Below are positions 1 through 9,978 of a DNA stretch of 64,000 nt, piece after piece. The notes beneath the pieces are model-generated. The model was given only the letters and a program-made list of their open reading frames with translations. It did no database searches and was not told where the DNA came from. Both the position numbers and the translations under genes were made by a program. This DNA is from Vulcanimicrobiota bacterium (GTDB taxonomy: Bacteria; Vulcanimicrobiota; Vulcanimicrobiia; Vulcanimicrobiales; Vulcanimicrobiaceae): positions 192,001 to 256,000 of the forward strand of contig CAWETW010000001.1 in assembly GCA_963812155.1 (NCBI GenBank), given 5' to 3'. How positions within the stretch are numbered: position 1 is the first letter of the stretch; each line of letters starts with the position of its first letter.

Positions 1-297
1 TCGCGTGGCGCATCGACAGTCGCTAGCAATACCGTGGAGTCGCAGCAGCATAAGATCAAGAAAAAGCCGGCCGAGTACTTTCGCTCCAACTTGATCGTCA
101 CGACCACCGGCGTCTGCCAGGACTCCGCCCTGCTCTGCGCGCTGGACGTTATGGGCGACGACCGCATCCTCTTCTCAGCCGACGATCCGTACGAGGATAC
201 CAAAGGTTCGTCCGAGTGGATCGACCGCGCGCCGATCACTGCCGAGCAACGCGAGAAAATCTGCTACCGCAACGCGGAGCGCGTTCTCAAACTCTAG
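1..297 (+). CDS. Amidohydrolase family protein, C-terminal part (5' end outside the window)
   Basis: 'DRILFSADDPYE ... EKICYRNAERVLKL' is a typical amidohydrolase_2 C-terminus; 'WRIDSR' sits in another frame at 6-23, implying a 1-nt indel near 25. Confidence 0.75.
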   Translation, partial: SRGASTVASNTVESQQHKIKKKPAEYFRSNLIVTTTGVCQDSALLCALDVMGDDRILFSADDPYEDTKGSSEWIDRAPITAEQREKICYRNAERVLKL

Positions 298-303
298 CTT
301 TTT

Positions 304-645
304 CTACAAGTCGAGGATGGCTCGCAGTCCCCGCTCGACCTTACCTAGCGTTTCTGCACCGATCGTGCCGATGCGCGCCGATAAGCGGCGAACGTCGACG
401 ACTCGGACTTGATTGCATAGAACGAGTGACGGTTTTTTCAAGCCGGCTTCACCGGGGTGCAACGGTACGTTCGCCGGACCGAGCTTCTTTCCGATTGCAC
501 TCGTCAACGGGCAGATGATTGTGGTTGGCGAGACCGCGTTTGCCGCGTCGCGCTGAACTACGACGCAGGGACGCTTTTTTCGAAGTTCCGAGCCAACTGC
601 GGGATCGAGTTCGACCCACCAGATCTCGCCACGGCGCACGGTCAT
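304..645 (-). CDS. mazF: MazF/PemK-family mRNA interferase toxin
   Basis: 'RRGEIWWVELDPAVGSELRKKRPCVVVQ' PemK signature; ATG at 645 lies 1 nt after the antitoxin stop. Confidence 0.92.
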   Translation of the reverse strand: MTVRRGEIWWVELDPAVGSELRKKRPCVVVQRDAANAVSPTTIICPLTSAIGKKLGPANVPLHPGEAGLKKPSLVLCNQVRVVDVRRLSARIGTIGAETLGKVERGLRAILDL

Positions 646-646
646 G

Positions 647-874
647 TTAGTCAAGGCCGTCGAGATTGGTCACTTCCCAGTCGCGCAAGACCTTTAGATC
701 AGCGGCCGCATTTGCGATGCACGCCGCGGCGATTTCTTCATCTTCCCGCAAGCGACGCATCTCGCGTGCCTGACGAAGCGCCGCCGAAACCATGAAGGCC
801 GTCCGGTTCCCAGCGGCCGATGCGTCAATTTCGGCGAGGGCGTCGTCGGGTATAAGCATGGACACTTTTGCCAT
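647..874 (-). CDS. Antitoxin, ribbon-helix-helix type
   Basis: 75 aa directly upstream of mazF; 'KVSMLIPDDALAEID...NRTAFM' RHH pattern; acidic tail ending 'DGLD'. Confidence 0.85.
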   Translation of the reverse strand: MAKVSMLIPDDALAEIDASAAGNRTAFMVSAALRQAREMRRLREDEEIAAACIANAAADLKVLRDWEVTNLDGLD

Positions 875-905
875 ATATAAAGTATAGCATATTTGTCCAT
901 ATACG
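871..905 (-). promoter_or_regulatory. TA operon promoter/operator (leaderless -10 box plus CATAT repeats)
   Basis: TATACT lies 6 nt before the antitoxin ATG; CATAT(A) occurs three times at 13-nt spacing (872, 888 imperfectly placed, 898) in an AT-rich patch. Confidence 0.5.
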
Positions 906-928
906 CGGTTGTCACGCGGGCGCTTGAA

Positions 929-1813
929 CTAGGTCGCTGTTTCTTCCAGCCAGTCGCGCGTCAGAAAGAGCCAGAACGCCAAACCGGCGTGCTCGCCGTA
1001 GCGCGCGAACGCGCGCGCGATCGTCTTATCGGCGGCGCGCTTCTTCTTCGCCAGGCGCAGATATTTCGGCCGCGTCCACGAGTCGAGCACGAGGTAACGA
1101 TGGCGCCCGAGCAGCTGCATGACGTGCGCGGCCGCATACGGGCCGATGCCAGGGAGCTCGAGCAATGCCGACTCGACCGCGTCGTCGTCGAGGCCGCGCG
1201 CCGGAAGCAACCCTTCCAGATCCAAGACGCCGCGTGCCGCGTCGCGGGCAATCGCGCGAACGTACGGACCGCGATAGCCCATGCGCGCCACGTCGCGAAA
1301 CCACGATTCGGGAGTTTTTGCGAGGATGTCCGGCTCGGGAAAGACACCGCCGCCCCGCTCCACCAGCGCCGTCGTCATGCGAATCGTCGCCGACCAGCTA
1401 CAGTTGGTCGTACAGATCGTCTTAACGACGTCTTCGAAGACGGTGGGACTAGCGAGCAGACGGCCCGCGCCGGCCGCCGCCCATCGCAATAACGGATCGG
1501 CCTCGATGCGCCGGTAGAACGGCGAAAGATCGTCGCGCAAGCGAAACATGCGCGCGATCTGCGCGGCGATGCGGTCCCGTTCGCCGCGCGCAAGCGCAAC
1601 GTCGCTCTCGGCGACGAGGGTGCTGCCGTCGTCGCGCATCGCAACGTTGACCACTCGCTTGCCGGCCCTAAAGGCGCGCGCGTAGAGCGGCGGCGATTCC
1701 TGCAGACGCGCCGGCGGCAACGAGGCGCATCCGTGCGAACGAATCGTGCGCGCGAACGAGATCGGCTCGCCGCCGGCGCCGCGCAGCGGCAGCGTGCAGA
1801 CGACGTGCCCCAA
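929..1813 (-). CDS. HhH-GPD DNA glycosylase (AlkA/Ogg-like)
   Basis: 'LLELPGIGPYAA' helix-hairpin-helix motif, 'FEDVVKTICTTNCSW', 'GMGYR'-like segment. Confidence 0.85.
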   Translation of the reverse strand: MGHVVCTLPLRGAGGEPISFARTIRSHGCASLPPARLQESPPLYARAFRAGKRVVNVAMRDDGSTLVAESDVALARGERDRIAAQIARMFRLRDDLSPFYRRIEADPLLRWAAAGAGRLLASPTVFEDVVKTICTTNCSWSATIRMTTALVERGGGVFPEPDILAKTPESWFRDVARMGYRGPYVRAIARDAARGVLDLEGLLPARGLDDDAVESALLELPGIGPYAAAHVMQLLGRHRYLVLDSWTRPKYLRLAKKKRAADKTIARAFARYGEHAGLAFWLFLTRDWLEETAT

Positions 1814-1825
1814 ACCTAAGCGAAC

Positions 1826-2290
1826 CTATGCGACGTAGGAGATGTTGACCGACACGCCGGCCGCGGCGGCGCGCATCAGGACGCCGTAGACTTCGTCGAG
1901 TTCTTCTTCAATGGAGGTCATATCGCGTGCGCTCACGTGAAAACGCGCCGCATTGCTCCACAGAATTCCGCGAGCACGTTCGAATGCGCTGTGGAGGCGT
2001 TCGGGCGTGGCTTCCAGCACCGGCCAATCGAGTTCGTTCTGCGCGGGAACGATGCGCCATCCGCGCCCCGACACGTACGGCACCTCTCGCTCCTGGTCGA
2101 ACGCATGCGGTATCGCGGCCAGGATATCGAGCGCTTCCTGGTCTTGCCATTCCAGCGAAAGCCCCAGCTCGCCCAAGCGAACGATATAACGAAAGAACGC
2201 CGGATTGCCGACGGTGTAGGCGCCGGCGACCGAGGCCACGCTGACGTGAATGAGATCGAGTTCGGCGTCCCGCCCCTGCGAATCGGTCAT
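1826..2290 (-). CDS. Hypothetical protein
   Basis: Globular-looking 154-aa ORF from MTDSQGRD, co-oriented between mdh and the glycosylase. Confidence 0.6.
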   Translation of the reverse strand: MTDSQGRDAELDLIHVSVASVAGAYTVGNPAFFRYIVRLGELGLSLEWQDQEALDILAAIPHAFDQEREVPYVSGRGWRIVPAQNELDWPVLEATPERLHSAFERARGILWSNAARFHVSARDMTSIEEELDEVYGVLMRAAAAGVSVNISYVA

Positions 2291-2354
2291 TTCTTCACAC
2301 GCAGTTCGCCGCCGGTCGGGCGGCTCCGTTCCGTACGGCATATCCCAGCGCCGC

Positions 2355-3347
2355 CTATGCCGGAATGAGGCCGAGTTCGCTGACCGCGTCGCGTTCTTTG
2401 CGCAGCTCGGCGAGCGTCGCCTCGAGCTTGCCGGTGCCGAACCCGCCATGCTCGATCCCCTCGACGACGCGCGACACGCCGTCCTCGGTCCGCGACGGAA
2501 ACGAAAAGATCAGGCCCGGGTCGACGCCGTATTCGCCGTTGGAGCAGCGGCCGACCGAATAGTATTCGTGCGCCGGCGTGTCGTGGGTGAGATTGTAGAC
2601 GCCGCCGATCGCCGCGTTGGCCGCGGACGCCGCCGACGATGCGCCGCGCGCTTTGATGACTTCGGCGCCGCGATTTTGCACCGTCGAAAGGAAATCGTTC
2701 TCCAGCCAATCGCGATCTTGGATCGTCTCGTGCGCCGGTTTGCCGGAGATGAGCGCGTGATGGAAGTCCGGGAACTGCGTCGTCGAGTGGTTGCCCCAGA
2801 TGGCGACCCTCGAAACTTCCGTTACGTCGACGCCGGCCCGCTTCGCGAGTTGCGAGCGCGCGCGAAGCTCGTCGAGCGTGGTCATCGCGAAGAAACGATC
2901 TTTCGGGACGCTCGGAGCGTTGTTCATCGCGATGAGACAGTTCGTGTTGCACGGATTGCCGACGACGAAGACGCGGACGTCGCCGGCCGCGTGTGCGTCG
3001 ATCGCCCGGCCCTGCTCGATGAAAATCTTTCCGTTGAGGGCCAGCAGGTCGGATCGTTCCATTCCGGCTTTGCGCGGAACGGCGCCGACGAGCACGGCCC
3101 AGTTGATGCCGCGCATCGCCTCGTCGACCGACGAGGTCGCACGGACGTCCTTGAGCAGCGGAAACGCGCAATCGTCGAGTTCCATGACGATTCCGCGCAG
3201 TGCCGGAAGCGCCGGTTCGAGTTCCAACAACGAAAACTCCAGTTCCGCCTCCGGGCCGAACATTTGACCCGATGCAATCCGGAACAGTAGCGCGTAGCCG
3301 ATCTGCCCCGCAGCGCCCGTGACCGCGACCTTGACTCGTTTTTTCAC
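2355..3347 (-). CDS. mdh: Malate dehydrogenase (type 2)
   Basis: '[21 protein letters not shown]', 'VVGNPCNTN', 'IWGNHS', '[10 protein letters not shown]'. Confidence 0.97.
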   Translation of the reverse strand: MKKRVKVAVTGAAGQIGYALLFRIASGQMFGPEAELEFSLLELEPALPALRGIVMELDDCAFPLLKDVRATSSVDEAMRGINWAVLVGAVPRKAGMERSDLLALNGKIFIEQGRAIDAHAAGDVRVFVVGNPCNTNCLIAMNNAPSVPKDRFFAMTTLDELRARSQLAKRAGVDVTEVSRVAIWGNHSTTQFPDFHHALISGKPAHETIQDRDWLENDFLSTVQNRGAEVIKARGASSAASAANAAIGGVYNLTHDTPAHEYYSVGRCSNGEYGVDPGLIFSFPSRTEDGVSRVVEGIEHGGFGTGKLEATLAELRKERDAVSELGLIPA

Positions 3348-3499
3348 GTATCCTCCGAAAACCGTGCGTGTGCCGCCGACTCAAATAGACGCGTCGCGGT
3401 CGAAGTCCCTTCTCGAAAAGGCTCATACGCGTTCGACTTTTGTCGCGGTAGGAAAGCTAGAGCACTTTTCGGATGCGAGGCGAACGTGACGCGAGGCTG

Positions 3500-4777
3500 A
3501 TGAGTCTCGGCTTCGACGGCGCCGATCAACCGGCAGCCGAAATCTTCAACCGGTGCATTCGCTGCGGGCTCTGTCTGCCGACCTGTCCGACGTACCTCGA
3601 AACGTTCAACGAAACGTCGGGACCGCGCGGCCGCATTGCCTTGATCAAAAGCGTCGCCGACGGTGGCATCGACCTGCTCTCGCCGGGCTTCGTCGCACAG
3701 ATGTCGGAATGCCTGGATTGCCGCGCGTGCGAAGCGGCCTGTCCTTCCGGTGTCGCCTACGGGCAGTTAGTCGAAACCGCGCGCGCGCAGATTCGACGCG
3801 CGCAAGATACCGGCGGCGCGCGCGCCGGCACGAGCGCTTTCTGGCTGCGCACGCTTTTCGATCGGCTCGGTTACTTGCGCGCCGCGGCGGCACTGCTCCG
3901 GCTTGCCCAGATGACGGGCTTGGCGTCGGTGGCGGGATGGCTGGGCTTGCGCGACCTGGTCGCGCTCGCACCGCGTATTCGTGGCCGCTTCTTCGTTCCG
4001 CGCGGTCAGCGCTTCGATGCGCGCAACCCTCAGGGACTCGCGTTTCTCCATGCGGGCTGCGTGATGCAGGTTGCGTTTCCGAACGTGCACGAGGCGACGG
4101 TCCGGATGCTGCAGCGCGGCGGACTCTCGGTCGTCGTGCCTTCGGGCCAAGGCTGTTGCGGTGCGCTGGCGGTGCACGCCGGCGACCGCGAGTTCGCGCG
4201 CACGCTGGCCAAACGCAACATCGAAGCGTTCGAACGCAGCGGTGCCGACGTGTTCGTGAGCAATGCGGCCGGCTGCGGATCGGCACTCAAAGAGTACGCG
4301 GAGTACTTTCGCGACGACCCGAAATGGGCGCCGCGCGCCGCGGCCTTCTCCTCCCGCGTTCGCGACGTGACCGAAGTGCTCGACGCCGTCGATCTCGATC
4401 CGCCGCCAGGACCGCTGGAAACGACCGTCACGTATCAGGAACCGTGCCATCTCGCCCACGCACAGCGCGTCACCGGAGCGCCGCGCAGACTCTTGCAACA
4501 GATTTCCGGGCTGCGTCTGATCGAAATGCCCGAAAGCGCGGTCTGCTGCGGGGGCGCGGGGATTTACAGCCTTACGCAGCCTGAGATGTCGGCGCGCTTG
4601 CGCAAACGCAAAATCGATGCCGCTGAGGCGACCGGAGCGAACGTCGTCGCGACGGCCAATCCCGGCTGCGCGATACAAGTTGCCGCCGGCCTGCGCGCGA
4701 GGGGGTCGAAAGCGCGGGTGAAGCACGTCGTCGAACTGCTTGACGACGCGTACCGTGCGACGGAATCTCGTGTCTAG
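3500..4777 (+). CDS. GlcF-like Fe-S protein (2x[4Fe-4S] plus CCG domains)
   Basis: CIRCGLCLPTCP and CLDCRACEAACP motifs; CCGA, NAAGCG, EPCHL, CCGGAG, TANPGC. Confidence 0.9.
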   Translation: MSLGFDGADQPAAEIFNRCIRCGLCLPTCPTYLETFNETSGPRGRIALIKSVADGGIDLLSPGFVAQMSECLDCRACEAACPSGVAYGQLVETARAQIRRAQDTGGARAGTSAFWLRTLFDRLGYLRAAAALLRLAQMTGLASVAGWLGLRDLVALAPRIRGRFFVPRGQRFDARNPQGLAFLHAGCVMQVAFPNVHEATVRMLQRGGLSVVVPSGQGCCGALAVHAGDREFARTLAKRNIEAFERSGADVFVSNAAGCGSALKEYAEYFRDDPKWAPRAAAFSSRVRDVTEVLDAVDLDPPPGPLETTVTYQEPCHLAHAQRVTGAPRRLLQQISGLRLIEMPESAVCCGGAGIYSLTQPEMSARLRKRKIDAAEATGANVVATANPGCAIQVAAGLRARGSKARVKHVVELLDDAYRATESRV

Positions 4778-5145
4778 GGCGTAGCGGTGACGCGCGCGCG
4801 ATCGCCGATGGCGTCGCCGACGCTGTGATACACGGCGAGCGCGCGGATCAAACCCGTGATTGCCAGCAAGCGCAGAATCGGGCCCGGGCTGACGATCAAC
4901 CGCACCGACGTTTCGCCTTCGGCGGCTCGCCGATGGGCTCCGATCAATGCGCCCAGGCCGGTCGAATCGAGGAACTCGACCTGCGTGAGGTCGATGACGA
5001 CGTTCTTCTTCTTGCTCTGCGCTTCGGATAATGCCGCGCGCAGCGTCGGTGACGTCGCGATGTCGAGCGTTCCGCTCAGTTTGAAGAGCACGGCAGAACC
5101 GCCGTCCTCGGGACGCACCTCGATACTCAACTGATCGTGAGCCAT
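4774..5145 (-). CDS. STAS-domain anti-sigma factor antagonist
   Basis: 'GTLDIATSP', 'IDLTQVEFLDSTGLGAL' with the conserved phospho-Ser. Confidence 0.92.
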   Translation of the reverse strand: MAHDQLSIEVRPEDGGSAVLFKLSGTLDIATSPTLRAALSEAQSKKKNVVIDLTQVEFLDSTGLGALIGAHRRAAEGETSVRLIVSPGPILRLLAITGLIRALAVYHSVGDAIGDRARVTATP

Positions 5146-5167
5146 CGCCGTTCGCGTTCGCCTTGCC

Positions 5168-6127
5168 CTACGAGCTCGCCTTCGGTCCGGCGTCCGTAAA
5201 AGTGCCGGCAGCGTCGTCCCAACGAACCACGTGTTCCGCGGTGAGATGCACGCCTCCGATCCAGCGATCGATCGGGTAGCTCTCGAGCCAGTCGGCATCG
5301 CCGGCGATCACGTGCCGCCCGAGCGCCGTCAATGCAAAGCTGCCGTCGGTTTCCGACAGCAAAGCCGCGCGCGAATCGCTCAAATCGTGGAGCACCCGCG
5401 CGAACGCCGCATCGCCCTGAAACGTCGCCTCTTCGCGTGCCTGCGCGCGGCGGTAGAGTTCGGGCGTTTGGGCGGCCCCCTGAGCGACGGCCAGCAGCGC
5501 CTGGCGCTGCGAACGCGAGAGTCCGTCGCCGCTAGACGGATACTCTTCGCACAAACGCACGAGCGCGGCGCGTAGAAACGGCAATCCAATTGCATCTTCG
5601 CGCGCCGATGCCAAGAGGTCGCTCGGCGACGGCGACGTGAATCGTTGCCACGCGCGGCGCGCAGATTTCGACGTCGCGGGCGTAACGGGACGGCGCCTCG
5701 GCAACAGTGCGGAGAGTTCTTCGGCGATCATGGATCCCAGATACTGGTCGCTCTGCACGATGCTCACGCGTCCCGGTTCGAGGTTCATGTCGTCGAGTAC
5801 GGTCAGTATTTGCAGCAAATGCAGCTGATCGAAGAGGTCGTGTTCGAACCAGAGCACCACTTCTGGAAAGTCGACGGCTTTGCGCATCTGCGCGTCGCGC
5901 TTTTCGAACTCGTACGTCACTTTGATGGGATTGCCGTAGCCGCGTTCGCACAGGTATCGCACGCGAGCGGCGCTGGTCGCTTCCAGCGGCAACCCGGCGG
6001 GAACCGGTCCTTCGTTGAGCGGGTCGCGCCACGCGACGTGCGTGCCGAGAATGCCCGCCTTCTTGAAGAGGTAGAGCACCGAATCGCCGTTCGTCACGTG
6101 CAGCGTCGCCGCACTCCGCTCACTCAT
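5168..6127 (-). CDS. DUF1835-like protein
   Basis: 'LHVTNGDS', 'WRDPLNEGPVP', 'VVLWFEHDLFDQL', 'DRWIGGVHL'. Confidence 0.8.
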   Translation of the reverse strand: MSERSAATLHVTNGDSVLYLFKKAGILGTHVAWRDPLNEGPVPAGLPLEATSAARVRYLCERGYGNPIKVTYEFEKRDAQMRKAVDFPEVVLWFEHDLFDQLHLLQILTVLDDMNLEPGRVSIVQSDQYLGSMIAEELSALLPRRRPVTPATSKSARRAWQRFTSPSPSDLLASAREDAIGLPFLRAALVRLCEEYPSSGDGLSRSQRQALLAVAQGAAQTPELYRRAQAREEATFQGDAAFARVLHDLSDSRAALLSETDGSFALTALGRHVIAGDADWLESYPIDRWIGGVHLTAEHVVRWDDAAGTFTDAGPKASS

Positions 6128-6133
6128 CGTAAT

Positions 6134-6205
6134 CTGGGGTGGCTGGATTCGAACCAACGCATGACGGAGTCAAAGTCCGTTGCCTTACCGCTTGGCTACA
6201 CCCCA
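6134..6205 (-). tRNA. tRNA-Gln (TTG)
   Basis: Reverse complement TGGGGTGTAGCCAAGCGGTAAGGCAACGGAC-TTTGAC-TCCGTCATGCGTTGGTTCGAATCCAGCCACCCCAG folds as a cloverleaf; CCA not encoded. Confidence 0.97.
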
Positions 6206-6276
6206 TCGGAGGGCGAGGCAAGGCAGTTCTTCGGGTCGCGGTCACAACCCCTGTTCAGGTGCTGACAGAGGGAAGG

Positions 6277-6891
6277 TTAGTGAATCGAGACGCGCTTTGC
6301 GCCCACGTAGCGCGACGCCCAATACGATTCCGAAAGTTTGCTGACCATCACGCCGTGACTCGAGCTGGCATGAACGAACTGACCGTGTCCCAGATAAATG
6401 CCGACGTGCGACACGCCGCCGTAGGTATCGAAGAACACGAGGTCGCCCGCTCGCGGGCCGCCCACCGCCGGCTTGCCGGCGTCGTATTGCGCATCGGCGG
6501 TGCGCGGCAACGCCACGCCCAACATGCCGAAAACGTGCTGTACGAAGCCGGAGCAGTCGAACCCCGACGAACTCGTACCGCCAAAGACGTAGGGCGCTCC
6601 CAAGAATCGCAGTGCGCTGCGAGCGAGCGTCTGAGCCAGCTTCGAGGTGCGCGCCAAGATGCCGCCGGCAAAGCGGCCGATCCCGTGCTCCCCGTGGCTG
6701 GGCTTGGCAATAATCAGGCGCGACGTCCAAGCAGCGACGTCGGGACTGACGGCTTGCGCGTCGGCCGTGTGATTCGACGCGGATTGGGTATAGATCAGAT
6801 CGGAATTAGTTGAGTGCTGATCGGCGAGCGCGGAAACGCTCGAAGCGACGATCGCAAGGGCGAATGCCCCGGCAGCTAACGCGTGACGCAA
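6277..6891 (-). CDS. Secreted NlpC/P60 (C40) peptidoglycan endopeptidase
   Basis: Signal peptide; 'GAPYVFGG..GFDCSGFV', 'GDLVFF', 'HVGIYLG..FVHASS'. Confidence 0.93.
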   Translation of the reverse strand: MRHALAAGAFALAIVASSVSALADQHSTNSDLIYTQSASNHTADAQAVSPDVAAWTSRLIIAKPSHGEHGIGRFAGGILARTSKLAQTLARSALRFLGAPYVFGGTSSSGFDCSGFVQHVFGMLGVALPRTADAQYDAGKPAVGGPRAGDLVFFDTYGGVSHVGIYLGHGQFVHASSSHGVMVSKLSESYWASRYVGAKRVSIH

Positions 6892-6898
6892 GAAACGA

Positions 6899-7035
6899 AC
6901 TCCTCTTTCACAACACTTGCGAGGTTAGTTGACGGGTTCGGGCGGAAAAGAGTCGCCCTAGAGCCGAACCGGCTCACTCACCCCTACCAGGGAATCCCCC
7001 GCTCGGATCCTCGACGGGACCCGACTCAGTGATCT
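6899..7035 (-). ncRNA. c-di-AMP (ydaO/yuaA) riboswitch
   Basis: Minus strand ACTGAGTC..GAGCGGGGGATTCC..GGGGTGAGT..TAGGGCGACTCTTTTCCGCCCGAACCCGTCAACTAACCTCGCAAGTG..GAAAGAGG follows the ydaO consensus; lies upstream of NlpC/P60, a typical target. Confidence 0.9.
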
Positions 7036-7091
7036 TCGTGCAGGCGTACCGTAGCGCCAAATCCTGAGATTTGGGCCACGGAAACGGTCGT

Positions 7092-8443
7092 TTACGCCAA
7101 GTCCGCGATCTCCTTCTCGATCGCGGCGGCGATGCGGCCGGCCACTTGCTCGACCAGCCCGGCGTCGTCGCCCTCGGCCATCACGCGAATCAGCGGCTCG
7201 GTTCCCGACGCGCGCACCAGCAGACGCCCGCTCGCGCCCAAACGTGCTTCGCCTGCTTCGATCGCCGCACGAACGTCGTCGGCGTCGAGCACCTCGCGAC
7301 GCCGCGTGCGAACGTTGAGCAACACCTGCGGCACCGGTTCGATCGCCGCGATCAATTCGCGTAACGTAACGTTGCGTTCGACCAGCAGCCGCAACAACGA
7401 CATCGCAACCGCCGGTCCGTCGCCCGTCGTGCCGTGGCGCAGGTCGATCACGTGGCCCGATTGTTCTCCGCCGAGAACGAAGCCGCCGGCGCGCATGCGT
7501 TCGAGCACGTAACGGTCACCCACCGGTGCGCGCACCAGTGCGATCCCGCGCGCCGCGAGCGCGCGCTCGAAACCAAAGTTGCTCATGGTCGTGCCGACGA
7601 TCGTGTCGTACGCCAGCTCGCCGGCGTCGTGCATCGCGGTGCCGATTGCGAACATGACGTGATCGCCGCTTACGATCTCGCCGCTTTCGTCGACGAAGAG
7701 CGCGCGGTCGGCATCGCCGTCGAACGCGACGCCCACGACCCGCGTTTTGCCGGCGTCGAGCCGCGCGCGTACGGCAGCCTGCAGCGGCCGCAGATCGGTC
7801 GCTCCGCAGTTCACGTTGATGCGCGAGCCGTCGTTTTCGCAGTGCAGTTCCGTGACGGTCGCGCCGAGTTTGCGCAACGCGTACGGAGCAATCGCGAAAG
7901 GCCGCGCCGTAGGCGGCGTCGACGACGACGTGCAGACCGTGCAAGTCGGCGCCGCGTTCGTAGAGGTGACGGTAGTAATGGCGGCCGAGGTTCTGCGCCG
8001 TTCGCACGCTGCCGACGCCGATGCCCGTCGGACGGGGTGCGTCCTTGGAGCCGAGCAGCGATTCGATGGCGCGCTCCGCATCGTCGGAGAGTTTGAAGCC
8101 GTCGGGTCCAAAGAATTTGATGCCGTTGTCGGCGACGGGATTGTGCGACGCGCTGATGACGATGCCGCCCAACGCTTGCTCGCAACGCGTCACGTAGGCG
8201 ACGCCCGGCGTTGGGATGATCCCCGAGCGACACGGCATCGCATCCGGCCGACGCGATGCCCGCGACGATCGCCGCTTCGAGCATCGTCCCGGAGAGACGG
8301 GTGTCGCGTCCGACGATCAGCGCCCCCCGGTTCTTTCCGGCGGAGAGCGCGGCGGCGCCGGCGCGGCCGACTTCAAATGCCAGTTCCGGCGTCAACTCGG
8401 TGTTGGCCACGCCGCGAATGCCGTCGGTACCGAAAAGGCTCAA
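7092..8443 (-). CDS. glmM: Phosphoglucosamine mutase (two apparent +1 frameshifts near 8222 and 7898)
   Basis: 'LFGTDGIRG', 'VISASHNP..DNGIKFF', 'AFDGDADR', 'GGEQSGH', 'RASGTEPLIRVM' spread over three frames; shifts fall in GGGG and TTT runs. Confidence 0.92.
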
Positions 8444-8447
8444 TGCA

Positions 8448-9116
8448 TCACTTCGATTGACTGCCGGCGACGACGTGCATCTGCACGCGCACGAGATTCG
8501 GCGCGATCTGCAGGCCGGCGACCTCGCCGCCCTGCGTCCCCACGGCGATCGGACGCACCATCTCGTCGACGAACTTCGGCTGAGCCGGAAGCGCGACGTC
8601 GACGCGAACGGTCGCGACTTGCGCCACCAGCGACGCCGGGCCGCCGACCGTTACGGTTGCCGGCAGCACGTGAACGCCCGAAACGACCGTCGCTCCGTTC
8701 GGTTGGTCGGCGTAGTGGACGGTCAAGGCGACGATGCGGCTTTCGATGCGTTCGACGGTCAACGCGATCGACGCCGGGCTGAGACTTTGCACCGCGACCT
8801 GCGGGGCCACCAGTTCGATCGGTACGTTATACGCACCGGCCGTCTTGTTGGACAGATCCAGCACGGCTTTGACTTCGTCGGGTTTGATCTCCGGCTCGCC
8901 GCGGCGTGCCTGAACCGTGACCAGCGCTTGGCGCTCGGTAAAGTGCGCGACGTAGCCCGACGGCAAGTTCACGACGACGATCGGAATCGAGATCTGCTGC
9001 GCGAACCGCGCCGCCGCGACGATCGGATTGGCCGCGAAGCGAAAATACGCCCAGCCGAGGATCGCCAGGAAAAGCGCTAAGAGTTTAAGTGTGAAGTTCT
9101 TGCGGATGATCTGCAC
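8448..9116 (-). CDS. cdaR: CdaR/YbbR-like regulator of diadenylate cyclase
   Basis: N-terminal TM 'KLLALFLAILGW', 'AVLDLS...G.Y.VP' YbbR repeat; between cdaA and glmM. Confidence 0.85.
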   Translation of the reverse strand: MQIIRKNFTLKLLALFLAILGWAYFRFAANPIVAAARFAQQISIPIVVVNLPSGYVAHFTERQALVTVQARRGEPEIKPDEVKAVLDLSNKTAGAYNVPIELVAPQVAVQSLSPASIALTVERIESRIVALTVHYADQPNGATVVSGVHVLPATVTVGGPASLVAQVATVRVDVALPAQPKFVDEMVRPIAVGTQGGEVAGLQIAPNLVRVQMHVVAGSQSK

Positions 9117-9978
9117 GTGAGGCTTTCGCGCCGCGCGGCATCAGCCGCGAGCGAAGGTGGGAGACGAGATCGTTTCGCAGATGACGCGCGTGGCGCGGCG
9201 GACGCGTGACGGCGAGCAGCATCTTGGCCAGCCGCTGTTCTTCCTCGACCGGGCGCGAGAGTTTTCCGGCGCGCGCAATGCAGATGTGGCCGCTCTCTTC
9301 CGAAACTACCACCACCACGGCGTCCGTCTGTTCGGTCAGGCCGACGGCCGCGCGGTGACGCGTCCCAAGGCGTCCGGTCACCGCCGGCGGACGTTCGGCG
9401 AGCGGAAGAAAACAGCCGGCCGCCACGATGCGGTCTTCGCGGACGATCGTCGCGCCGTCGTGCAGCGGCGAAGCCGGGGCGAACAGCGTCAATAGCAAGT
9501 CGACCGAGATGTGCGCGTCGATGGGCGTGCCGGTTTCGCAGAACTCTTTGAGACCGCTTTGCTGTTCGACGGCGAGCAGCGCGCCGCGACGCGCTTGCGA
9601 AAGCAAAAAGGCCGCTTGTGCCAATGCCGCCACGGTCGAGTCTTGCGACCGGGTCGCGCCGTATTCGCGCTCGTCGCTGTCCATCCGGAACAAGCCGCCG
9701 CGGCCGATCTGCTCGAGTGCGCGGCGCAGTTCGGGTTGGAACACGATCGGAATCGTTACTGCGGCGCCGACGACGATCAACTGCAGAATCGTGACCAGCA
9801 GATAGAGATGCAGCAGGCTGGCGACGCCGAGCAGCGCGACGAGCACGAGGATCCCCATGAGAATTTGAACGGCGCGCGTGCCGCGAATGAGCAGCAAAAG
9901 GTAATAGATGAGCACGCTCGTGGCGAGAACGTCGATGACGTCGGTGATGCCGACGTACGATGCGATCGTATTAAACAT
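9085..9978 (-). CDS. cdaA: Diadenylate cyclase
   Basis: Three TM helices, 'IVFQPELRRALEQIG', 'PLHDGA', 'GTRHRAA'. Confidence 0.95.
   Translation of the reverse strand: MFNTIASYVGITDVIDVLATSVLIYYLLLLIRGTRAVQILMGILVLVALLGVASLLHLYLLVTILQLIVVGAAVTIPIVFQPELRRALEQIGRGGLFRMDSDEREYGATRSQDSTVAALAQAAFLLSQARRGALLAVEQQSGLKEFCETGTPIDAHISVDLLLTLFAPASPLHDGATIVREDRIVAAGCFLPLAERPPAVTGRLGTRHRAAVGLTEQTDAVVVVVSEESGHICIARAGKLSRPVEEEQRLAKMLLAVTRPPRHARHLRNDLVSHLRSRLMPRGAKASRADHPQELHT

Noticed and set aside
3497..3520. CTGATGAGTC..GAC as a hammerhead ribozyme core (a similar string lies near 17832-17844)
   Set aside because: The required GAAA after stem II and the flanking stems are missing; the first copy is just the glcF-like start
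6134..6205. tRNA-Gln as an integration site for an island
   Set aside because: No integrase and no duplicated tRNA 3' end seen in the window
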